From an uncultured Candidatus Binatia bacterium (GTDB lineage Bacteria > Desulfobacterota > Binatia > UBA9968 > CAXXLF01), in the NCBI GenBank assembly GCA_965218425.1, contig OZ244621.1, positions 1,216,001 through 1,280,000 of the forward strand: a stretch of DNA of 64,000 nucleotides. The letters run 5' to 3'. The position numbers were made by a program, and so were the translations under genes. This document shows positions 53,024 through 61,677 of this stretch, one piece after another (the first letter of the stretch is position 1; every line of letters starts with the position of its first letter). A model generated the notes under the pieces. The model was not told where the DNA came from, searched no databases, and worked only from the letters and a program-made list of their open reading frames with translations.

Positions 53024-54097
53024 TTATTTAACCTTCTGCCAACCATAGGGAGACCTCCGCATAAGCGGAACTTTACGCAAGGAGGCCAAATTCTCAGCCC
53101 CAACGCAGAGCATCGCTACCTTCAGTTCACGAGTAATCCGCGACAAAAAATCTACCACATGGTCCGATGATTCCAAGGCCGGATTCAGAAGGGGCTGTCC
53201 GATACCCACGACATTGGCACCCAAGGCAACGGCCTTAGCCACATCAAGGCCACTGCGGATTCCGCCTGATGCCACCAACTCCATCTCCGGCACCGCGCCC
53301 CTCACCACAACCAGCGCCTCGTCCGTGGGAATACCCCAGGTCGCAAAGGTGTCATCGGCGGGCAGTCCCTGCCGCGCTGCTCGCTTAGCCTCCACCGCGT
53401 ACCAAGAGGTCCCCCCCGAACCTGCAACGTCAATGGCTCGGACTCCCGCCCCCCTGAGTCGAATGGCCACGTCCGCAGAAATACCACTGCCCACCTCCTT
53501 CGCCACGACTGGCACCTCCAACTGAGCACAAACCTCCCCAATTTTTTTCGTGAGTCCCCTGAAATTTCGATTCCCTTCGGGTTGGATCGCTTCCTGTAGA
53601 ACGTTGAGATGCAAGACGAGGCCGTCTGCCTGAATCATGCGAACTGCTTGACGGCACTGCTCGATATCGTACCCATAATTCAACTGGACCGCTCCCAGGT
53701 TACCGAGCAGCAAAATATCCGGCGCAACATCTCGAACCTGAAAAGACCTGGCCGCGCGAGGCTCCTCCAGGGCGACCCTTTGAGACCCCAGACCCATGGC
53801 TAGGCCCAAGTGCTGCGCCGCCTTGGCCAGATTTCGGTTCACTTTTTGTGCAAGATCAAATCCCCCCGTCATGGAAGAAATCAACAGAGGGGCTTTCAGT
53901 CCCTTCTCGACAAAATTCGTCCCGAGGTCGATATCATCGATATTCAATTCCGGTAAGGCGTTATGGACAAACGTGTATTGGTCCAAGCCCGTACTATGAG
54001 GGGATGCGACGGCCTCGTCATCCAGACAGAGTTCGAGGTGCTCCTTTTTTCTCTTCTGCGTTTTCGAGAGGGACTTTTTAGCCTTTTTGGCTGGCAT
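53024..54097 (-). CDS. fni: Type 2 isopentenyl-diphosphate isomerase (FMN-dependent)
   Basis: RKKEHL, SSMTGG, GSQR, HLNVLQEAIQPEG, KEVGSG, GSGGTSW, SGGIRSG. Confidence 0.93.
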   Translation of the reverse strand: MPAKKAKKSLSKTQKRKKEHLELCLDDEAVASPHSTGLDQYTFVHNALPELNIDDIDLGTNFVEKGLKAPLLISSMTGGFDLAQKVNRNLAKAAQHLGLAMGLGSQRVALEEPRAARSFQVRDVAPDILLLGNLGAVQLNYGYDIEQCRQAVRMIQADGLVLHLNVLQEAIQPEGNRNFRGLTKKIGEVCAQLEVPVVAKEVGSGISADVAIRLRGAGVRAIDVAGSGGTSWYAVEAKRAARQGLPADDTFATWGIPTDEALVVVRGAVPEMELVASGGIRSGLDVAKAVALGANVVGIGQPLLNPALESSDHVVDFLSRITRELKVAMLCVGAENLASLRKVPLMRRSPYGWQKVK

Positions 54098-54115
54098 GGT
54101 ATGGCGGAGATGAGC

Positions 54116-54820
54116 TCATCGGCGCCGCTTTACGGCTGGCCTACGCTTGCTACCGCTAGCCACAGGAACGGACTTTCCGGCCCCCTGCGGTTCAGTGGGG
54201 CTCGATACCTTTGGACTGGAATCCGTCACCTTCGTAGCATCGGGATGGCGCTTCATCTGATGATCGTCCCATCGCTGAAAGAGGTCAAGGCCAATATCGA
54301 ACTGGTCCAGGACCCGAGCAACGGTTTGGTTGATCACATCGTCCAGGGTCTTGGGCCGGTGGTAAAAGGCAGGCACCGGCGGAAAGATAATCGCCCCAAT
54401 GCGGGTCAGAGTAACCATACTTTCCAAATGACCTAGATGTAGGGGGGTTTCGCGCGTGACCAGGACAAGCTTTTTCCTCTCCTTGAGCACTACATCGGCT
54501 GCGCGGACTAACAGGTCTCCCCCCACGGAAAGGGCAATTCCTCCTAGCGACTTCATGGAACAAGGGGCGATGACCATGCCCTCGGTGCGAAAAGAACCGC
54601 TGGCGATGCTTGCTCCTACGTTGTTGATATCGTGCACAAAGTCCGCCATGGCTTCCACATCTTTTACAGAATACAGTGTCTCCACCTGAATGGTCATCTT
54701 GGCCGCACGGGTCAATACCAGGTGTGTTTCCACGTCATCCACCTTGGAGAGAACGTCAAGAATGCGAATACCAAAAATGGCCCCGGTGGCACCCGAGAGA
54801 CCGACGATAAGACGACGCAC
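54116..54820 (-). CDS. ubiX: Flavin prenyltransferase UbiX with a basic C-terminal extension
   Basis: GLSGATG, IASGSF, PCSMKSL, RAADVVLKERK, RETPL, PPVPAFY. Confidence 0.95.
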   Translation of the reverse strand: MRRLIVGLSGATGAIFGIRILDVLSKVDDVETHLVLTRAAKMTIQVETLYSVKDVEAMADFVHDINNVGASIASGSFRTEGMVIAPCSMKSLGGIALSVGGDLLVRAADVVLKERKKLVLVTRETPLHLGHLESMVTLTRIGAIIFPPVPAFYHRPKTLDDVINQTVARVLDQFDIGLDLFQRWDDHQMKRHPDATKVTDSSPKVSSPTEPQGAGKSVPVASGSKRRPAVKRRR

Positions 54821-54839
54821 AGAGATCCTCCTTCTACTC

Positions 54840-55265
54840 CTACGATTCGATAAACTCTAAAATCAACCGGTCCCCATCCTTAACATTAAGCGTATCCTTC
54901 ACATGAAAAGGAGCAATGACCTCGAGTTTATCCGGCGGATAATTATCCACTTCGGGGACTAGGACGGCAACCGTCTCGTTATCCTTTGGACCCACGGAGG
55001 GTCCACCAATGCGGGCTGTGAAGCAGCGGGCATTACAAAAAGAAGCTTCCGCAGGTGGAACATCAACTCCCCTCATGGATTTTTGCAGATCCTTCCATTG
55101 CTCCATCGCTTCGGTGGACTCAAGACGCAAATTGAGTGTCCCCGGATGAGGGGCAAAACCCACCCTTTCTCGGATGACTCGTTGGACCCACTCGAGGGCC
55201 ATAAAGGAAGCCCCCTGTCCTAAATCGGTAAACACCACACCGGTGATCCTTTTGCTGGCGGCCAT
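54840..55265 (-). CDS. ribK: Archaeal-type CTP-dependent riboflavin kinase (DUF120), no HTH
   Basis: GVVFTDLGQG, GFAPHPGTLN, LEVIAP, LNVKDGD. Confidence 0.8.
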   Translation of the reverse strand: MAASKRITGVVFTDLGQGASFMALEWVQRVIRERVGFAPHPGTLNLRLESTEAMEQWKDLQKSMRGVDVPPAEASFCNARCFTARIGGPSVGPKDNETVAVLVPEVDNYPPDKLEVIAPFHVKDTLNVKDGDRLILEFIES

Positions 55266-55313
55266 CTTCCTTGGATAATATCGATGTACTCTGCCAGATC
55301 CTTAAACCGGGTT

Positions 55314-56117
55314 TCACGAATTACTCGTAGGGCCTTTATCTTTTCGTGAAAGAGACAGAGACCCGCCCTTTCCTCCTCGTCGAGCGAGAATGATCTCCGC
55401 GATGATCGCCACGGCAATCTCCTCGGGGGTCTCCGCGTGGAGATCCAAACCGATGGGGGCATAGACTCTTTGAATGATCTCGTCGGCGATCTTCTCCTCT
55501 TCCTTAAACCGATGGAAGCATGCCTTTACGCGTCTTCTGCTACCGATCATTCCAACGTATTTGGCCGGACTATGCACGATCTCTCGGAGACAGGGCTCAT
55601 CATACTTATGACCTCGGGTGACAAGCACAATATAGGTGGAAGGAGTGATGGCCATTCCCTTGAGGGTTTCCGCCATATCCCCCACCGTAACTTCGTCCAC
55701 ATCCGGAAACCTCTCTCGGTTGGCGAACAGGATGCGATCGTCGATGACGGTAACATGGAAATCCAATAGTCTGGCAATCTTCGCCAGCGGTACGGCAATG
55801 TGGCCTGCGCCCACCACGATGAGTTTTGGGGGCGAAAGCATCACGTCAAAGTAGATTTCCGCTTTGCCGCCGGTTGATGGGAGATCCAATGATACAAGCT
55901 TGGATCTCTCTTCCTTCAACCGTGTCTCGGCCTCCTTGAGGATCGCCGCCTTAAGCTCTTGATCTCGGATGGTTGCGGCTTTAACCTGCCCGTCACTAAT
56001 GAGGCATTTCGCTCCGGATTGCACCTGGCCGCCTTCCCCCGCATTCACCACCGTTGCCAACACCGCAGAGGCACGCGCTTTCTGGACGCTGATTAGCTCT
56101 TCAATCAACTCGCTCAT
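55314..56117 (-). CDS. XdhC/CoxF family Moco chaperone (Rossmann part)
   Basis: VGAGHIA, VIDDR, VTRGH, YVGMIGSRRR, APIGLD...TPEEIA. Confidence 0.9.
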   Translation of the reverse strand: MSELIEELISVQKARASAVLATVVNAGEGGQVQSGAKCLISDGQVKAATIRDQELKAAILKEAETRLKEERSKLVSLDLPSTGGKAEIYFDVMLSPPKLIVVGAGHIAVPLAKIARLLDFHVTVIDDRILFANRERFPDVDEVTVGDMAETLKGMAITPSTYIVLVTRGHKYDEPCLREIVHSPAKYVGMIGSRRRVKACFHRFKEEEKIADEIIQRVYAPIGLDLHAETPEEIAVAIIAEIILARRGGKGGSLSLSRKDKGPTSNS

Positions 56118-56455
56118 TCTTTTGTTGGAGTCTCTTCCGCGCCCTTCCACCAAGGATCGATGAAGACGTTCATTATGCCACCGCAGACAGCGGGGCTATC
56201 CGAAGAGATATCGTCAAGGAGATCCACCCGCACTACCTTGGGCTTCCGCGTCCGGATGACTTCAATGGCCTCACGACGCACATCCGCCTCACCGCAACCA
56301 CCACCAATGGTCCCTAAGATTTCCCCCCAGGCGGTCACGGCCATCTTTGCTCCCACCTCCCTAGGAGTGGACCCACGAGTGGAGACGATGGTGGCCACGG
56401 CTAGGGTTTCCCCTTTATCCAAGAATTCTTTGATTTGGTCATAAATCTCATCCAT
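56114..56455 (-). CDS. XdhC/CoxI N-terminal domain protein
   Basis: GSTPREVGAKM, GTIGGGCGE, VCGG. Confidence 0.9.
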   Translation of the reverse strand: MDEIYDQIKEFLDKGETLAVATIVSTRGSTPREVGAKMAVTAWGEILGTIGGGCGEADVRREAIEVIRTRKPKVVRVDLLDDISSDSPAVCGGIMNVFIDPWWKGAEETPTKE

Positions 56456-56466
56456 TGCACGACCTC

Positions 56467-57684
56467 CTAAGCAACCAGTCGTTGCATCGTGGAGCCTAAC
56501 GCAACAAGGCTCTGAACATTGTGAACTGACAAAAAGTAATCCAAATGAGGAAGCACCGCTTGCATTCCTTTACACAAGGGCTGGTAGTCCTTGCTGGCCA
56601 AAAGGGGATTGAGCCATATCACCTTATGGCACCGTCTCTTTAAGTTTATCATTTCCTGCTCCAGCAAAGCCACATTCCCCCGGTCCCAACCATCACTGAT
56701 GACCACCACAACGGTCCGATGGGTCACCAGACTAGGGGCAAATTCCCTATTGAAGGCGGAAAGGGAACGGCCGATATTGGTCCCCCCTGACCAGCCCAGC
56801 ACATCACCCGAGATTCTCTCCAGTGCGTTCACGATGTCCCGGGTACGAATCATATGAGTGATACGGGTTAGGGAGGTGCTGAACACGAAGGTCTCCACAC
56901 CCCAGAGTTCGTTCTGCAGGCCATACATAAACTGGATTAAAAAGCGGCTATAACAGTCCATGGAACCGCTCACGTCACAAAGCAGAATCACGCGGGTTTT
57001 CTTGATTCTGCGCTTGCGCGAGACGAGGTCAATTAACTCTCCCCCGTATTTAATGTTCTTTCGCATGGTCCAGCGTGGATCTATCTCATCTCCTTTGACG
57101 GACCGCTTTTTCCGACGGCTCACCTGTGTGGCGATCTTCGAAGCAATGAGGAGGATCGCACGGCTAATGGCCCGACTCTCTTCGATCCCCATTTCACTGA
57201 AGTCTTTTTGGTTCAATACTTCCTGGGGGCTGTAGGTGGGAAGCGACAAGGGATCCCCCTCCTCGTTCTGATCCTCTTCGCCGTTGGCCACCTCTGTGGT
57301 TTCCTCTTGAACTTCTCCCGGCTCATCCCAGCCTTCACGGGATAATGAAGATGGCATCACCAATTCTTCGGACTCCCCTTGCTCCTCGGCTTCAGACATT
57401 CCTTTCCAAAAACATTCAAAGACGCGGTCGAACAGGGGCATCTGCTCCCTTTCAGAGACTAAGTTCGAACGAAGGACTGAGTAAAAGTCTTCTCGACGTC
57501 CGATATCCACGAATTCAAGGGAGCGGCTGGCATCCATCACCTGGCTCAGCCCCACCCTGAGGCCCAGATCTTTCATCACTCGCCCAAAGGCCAGCAGGTT
57601 CGGCAACAGTCCCGTTCCGCGCACTTTGGCGAAAGACTGAACCGTCTTGATAATATCTTGATCGGTGGGCTCTTCAGTGCTCAT
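56467..57684 (-). CDS. VWA domain protein (CoxE-like)
   Basis: DVSGSM MIDAS, WSGGTNIG, ISDGWD, WLNPL. Confidence 0.9.
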   Translation of the reverse strand: MSTEEPTDQDIIKTVQSFAKVRGTGLLPNLLAFGRVMKDLGLRVGLSQVMDASRSLEFVDIGRREDFYSVLRSNLVSEREQMPLFDRVFECFWKGMSEAEEQGESEELVMPSSLSREGWDEPGEVQEETTEVANGEEDQNEEGDPLSLPTYSPQEVLNQKDFSEMGIEESRAISRAILLIASKIATQVSRRKKRSVKGDEIDPRWTMRKNIKYGGELIDLVSRKRRIKKTRVILLCDVSGSMDCYSRFLIQFMYGLQNELWGVETFVFSTSLTRITHMIRTRDIVNALERISGDVLGWSGGTNIGRSLSAFNREFAPSLVTHRTVVVVISDGWDRGNVALLEQEMINLKRRCHKVIWLNPLLASKDYQPLCKGMQAVLPHLDYFLSVHNVQSLVALGSTMQRLVA

Positions 57685-57685
57685 C

Positions 57686-58606
57686 TTAGGATTGAAACCT
57701 CGCTGGTTCTTTGAGAATGCCGCCCAAATCCAGTTTCTTGTTGGTCACCTCTTCCTGCAGGTGGTGAAGGTCCTCTTTGTATTTAAAGACACATCCCATG
57801 GTTTCCTCCAGGGTCTTTTCGTCCAGTTGCTCGCGATGGAGGGCCATCAGGGCGCAGGCCCAATCGAGGGTCTCCGCCACACCGGGGCGTTTGTAGAAAT
57901 TCATCTGTCGAACCTGTTGCATAAAGGCACAAATCTGCTTTGCCAAAAGCTCCCCCACTTGGTCGTACTTCGTGATGACAATCTCATATTCCTTTTCAAA
58001 GGTGGGGTATTCGATCCAATGGTAAAGGCACCGCCGCTTGAGCGCGTCATGAATCTCTCGAGTCCGGTTGGAGGTGAGAAAAACATAGGGTCGCTGTTTG
58101 GCGCGGATGGTCCCAATCTCAGGTATGGTGATTTGAAAATCAGAAAGCACCTCTAAAAGAAAGGCCTCAAACTCCATATCCGCGCGATCGATTTCGTCGA
58201 TCAAGAGGACCGGTGGCGTGGAGCCCTCACTCTGTATGGCCTCCAATAGCGGCCGTTTAACGATGTACTCCTCTGTAAAGATCTCGGTTTCCAGATTCTT
58301 CCGGTCACCTTGCCCCACCTCCTCTAACTTGATGCGCAGCATCTGCTTGGGATAGTTCCATTCGTAAAGAGCCGTGTTCGCATCCAATCCCTCATAACAC
58401 TGGAGACGGATCAGGCGCGACTCCATGACCTCGGCAAGGACCTTGGCGATCTCCGTCTTGCCAACTCCAGCCTCCCCCTCTAGGAGCACAGGCTTGCCCA
58501 TTTGAACGGAGAGAAAGACCACGGTGGCCAGGCTCCTGTCGCAGATATATTGTTGTTTTCTCAATACTTCCTGAATCTTTTCAATGGTGAGTTTTTTCGG
58601 AATCAT
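57686..58606 (-). CDS. MoxR-family AAA+ ATPase (CoxD-like)
   Basis: GEAGVGKT, RLQCYEGLD, LLIDEID, TSNRTREIHDALKRRC. Confidence 0.92.
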   Translation of the reverse strand: MIPKKLTIEKIQEVLRKQQYICDRSLATVVFLSVQMGKPVLLEGEAGVGKTEIAKVLAEVMESRLIRLQCYEGLDANTALYEWNYPKQMLRIKLEEVGQGDRKNLETEIFTEEYIVKRPLLEAIQSEGSTPPVLLIDEIDRADMEFEAFLLEVLSDFQITIPEIGTIRAKQRPYVFLTSNRTREIHDALKRRCLYHWIEYPTFEKEYEIVITKYDQVGELLAKQICAFMQQVRQMNFYKRPGVAETLDWACALMALHREQLDEKTLEETMGCVFKYKEDLHHLQEEVTNKKLDLGGILKEPARFQS

Positions 58607-58770
58607 CGCCACCTCTCCCTTATGATATAAAGACGATTACCATACTCTGTTTCCCCCTGGGGATCAATGTCTTCAGACCGCCCGGACCGCCTCCCCATGA
58701 CACCCCAAACTTAATGTACTTTACGCCGACCGCCCCAAGCAAGAGGTGAAAACCCCGCACTTCCATGGGC

Positions 58771-59886
58771 TCAGTCCGGCTTTTGATTTCCTTGCAGTCG
58801 CCCCTGGTATTTTTGCCATGCCCCATCCCACCTTCGACGGATCTCGTCTACTGGGGCTTGAAATTCATCAATCCTCCGGAGGGTTTGAACTAGAAGTCGT
58901 ACGCTACCTTCAACATCCTTCAAGTGGACCCCCTCTGGGGCGATCACTCTTGCACCCTGGTTATGGTAATTTCTGAGCGGAACGGCCATTCCCCCAGCCA
59001 TGTAGCCCTTTAGCTGAAAGGGCGTCGCCTCGCATGTGCCCCCATCCATCACTCTGCGTTGAAACGAATAATCTTGATCTTTTTTCTTTTCCTCACGTGC
59101 CACGTGATCCATAAAAAGAACCATCTCATGATGAAACATGCTGGTCCGATCACCCAAGCGAATTACGGGCCCGCAACCCAAACGAACTCCAGGCAAGGCC
59201 TTACTGGTTTCAATGGAGATCATTTTAGTGGCGGGCGAAATGCACCCATCTTCAAGGATACCCAGAGTACCGACGAACCCTATTTCTTCAGCCCGTGTAA
59301 AAATAGCTAGGACCCCCTTTTTGAGGCCCCTTTGTTTGATCTCATTCAGGGCAGCAATCATCACCGCGCAGCCCACCAAATCGTCGGCCCCCTTTGTGTA
59401 GATCAATTCCCCCCGGCGGCGAAACGGCACAAGATCCCAGGTGCCGAAATCTCCTACATCCACAGCCCCATCCACTCTCAGTGTCATCTTGTCGACCCGC
59501 CCCTGATCGTTTTTTGAGATTTTTTCCACCCGGCCTTTGGCACTGACGTCGCCCGACGAATGCCGGTAAATCACCACCTTGGCACCCATGAAGTATTTCG
59601 GATCCACGCCTCCAAACCACTGGGCTTGTGCCCGGGTTCCCCTGGCCTCGATAATTTCAAATCCCGGATGGTCCATATGGGCGACCCAGGCCACGTGACT
59701 TTCCCCCTCCCCCCAGCGAACCAAAATATTGCCATAACGATCCATCTGTGGGGCGAGGCCCAATCCTTTTAATTCCTCGCAAATAAAGGAGCTCACAAAG
59801 CCTTCATGGAACGAGGCGGTGGGAAGAGGAAGAAGTCTTTCCAAAAGACGGATCAATGTCGTGCGTACCGACATAAGGTCTCTCAT
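58771..59886 (-). CDS. M20/M42-like Zn metallohydrolase (start uncertain)
   Basis: AHMDH, ADDLVG, AEEIG, NYHN. Confidence 0.75.
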   Translation of the reverse strand: MRDLMSVRTTLIRLLERLLPLPTASFHEGFVSSFICEELKGLGLAPQMDRYGNILVRWGEGESHVAWVAHMDHPGFEIIEARGTRAQAQWFGGVDPKYFMGAKVVIYRHSSGDVSAKGRVEKISKNDQGRVDKMTLRVDGAVDVGDFGTWDLVPFRRRGELIYTKGADDLVGCAVMIAALNEIKQRGLKKGVLAIFTRAEEIGFVGTLGILEDGCISPATKMISIETSKALPGVRLGCGPVIRLGDRTSMFHHEMVLFMDHVAREEKKKDQDYSFQRRVMDGGTCEATPFQLKGYMAGGMAVPLRNYHNQGARVIAPEGVHLKDVEGSVRLLVQTLRRIDEFQAPVDEIRRRWDGAWQKYQGRLQGNQKPD

Positions 59887-59908
59887 TCCTTGGGCCCTAC
59901 GGCCCTGC

Positions 59909-60253
59909 TCACTTCTCTTCCCTTTTCTTTTCCTGAAGCTCCCTCTTCCAACCCAAAGTTCTAGCTTTGGCGGCAACTTCCTCTGCCTCCGCTATCATTC
60001 CCTTACGCTGATAAAAAATCGAAAGGCTGGTATGGGCCAGTTCATCTTCCGGGCTGACCTGGATCAGCTTCTTGCCAACCTCAACGGCCTCATCAAGCCT
60101 GTCAAGGTTGGCATAGGCCATGGCCAGGGCGTGCAATGCGTCCCCATAGCCTGGATCCAACTCCAAGGCCTTCTTATAGATTTCCAAAGCCTCTTCCATT
60201 TTGTCCTCGGCCAAGAGGTCCATGCCCTGGTTAAACAAATCTTCCTTGGTCAT
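59909..60253 (-). CDS. Small tetratricopeptide-repeat protein
   Basis: EEALEIYKKALELDPGY...LAMAY; AHTSLS. Confidence 0.85.
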   Translation of the reverse strand: MTKEDLFNQGMDLLAEDKMEEALEIYKKALELDPGYGDALHALAMAYANLDRLDEAVEVGKKLIQVSPEDELAHTSLSIFYQRKGMIAEAEEVAAKARTLGWKRELQEKKREEK

Positions 60254-60445
60254 TTTCGGTCCTCCCTAGGCAACCGTGGCCAACCCGTCCCGTAATCAGT
60301 TGGGGAAGTCTAGCCCACACTGTAAGGGTCGGCAACTCCCCCAAAGGCGTTGATTGAAAAATCATCGAGTGTTTGACACAAATGAATTGAGACCCATTGA
60401 TATAACTTTAACTGGGAAGCCTCGTTCGCTATGTTGATGCGCACT

Positions 60446-61539
60446 TATTGATCCTCGTATAATATAATGACATCAGAAAAGGCTGGACTGTTTCCAGAAG
60501 GCGGTAACGAGACGAGGCCTGCGGCGCATTCGGCAAAGGGCCCGACGAGCATGGTGGCTGAGTTGAGCGAAGTCCTTGGCACAGAAGTTGGGCAGTTCAT
60601 GATGCTTCCAGTATCCCCAGAGGTATTCGACGGGATTCAGTTCCGGTGCATAGGCCGGCAACCGTTCCAGCACCAACGCGCCTTCGGTAGCGGCAACAAA
60701 GTCCCGAACCAACCGGCTCCGGTGGCTGGGCAGTCCGTCCCACACTACCAGCAGCGGCCCGGAAACATGACGCATCAAGTGCTTCAGGAATTCGATGATC
60801 TGGGGGCTCTTGATGGCTCCCGGATACACTCGAAAGTACAAGCGCCACCAGGTGACTCCGGCGATGGCCGACAGACTCTTCCAGTTGAAGTGATATTGCA
60901 GCACTGGCGTCTGTCCTCGGGGCGACCACGTACGATACCGATTCGGCCGCTCGCTCAGCCCGCTTTCGTCCACGAACACTATGGTTCGCCCCTCGTTTCG
61001 GGCTTTTTTTTAATCTCCGGCCAGCGCTTCTTCTTCCACTGCCGGATCGCCTCTTCATCTCGTTCCAAGGCACGTCCCGTCGGCCGCTGGCAACTCCACC
61101 CCAACTGCCGCAATATCCGCCAAACATGGCCCGGATGGTATGTGACTCCGCAGGCTTCCCCAATCAAGTGGGCCACTCGCCTTGCGGTCCACAGGCTCGT
61201 GTCGTACCCCAGCGCTTCGGGTCCCCGTTTCAAACCGCCCTCGATCTTCTTCAGATCCGCCGGGCTCAGTCGCGGCTTGCGTCCGGCACGCCCCGCCTGC
61301 TTGAGCCCGGCTCTGCCGCTCTCGGCCAACTGCCGCGCCCATCGATTCACCGACTGGCGGTGCACTCCCACCCAACGCGCCACCTCCGCCTCCGACAGCC
61401 CTCGCTTCAACAGCCTCCCCGCCTCCATCCACCGCCGCTCCAATGCTTCAAAGTCCCGTCGCACTCCAAGTGGGTTTCCCATACCACCACTATACATTAA
61501 GTTCTTATCCAATGTTACTATATTATGCGGTTCTCAATA
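60446..61539 (-). mobile_element. IS630-family insertion sequence (copy 2)
   Basis: TA at 60446 and 61538; reverse complement of copy 1 with a handful of differences, including a 1-bp indel. Confidence 0.95.
60473..61497 (-). CDS. IS630 transposase (frameshift-joined)
   Basis: DDE ORF protein identical to copy 1; the same A8 slippery site. Confidence 0.92.
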
Positions 61540-61677
61540 GTGCTGCCGGCTAGACGCGGGGGCCTCTAATTTTTGTATCCATAAATATCGTCGGCACCAG
61601 GGAAAGCGCCACGGTTATCTTATCCTTTGACAGACCCGATTAAAAAGCCTGTAATAGAGACAGAGCAGAAGACGGTT

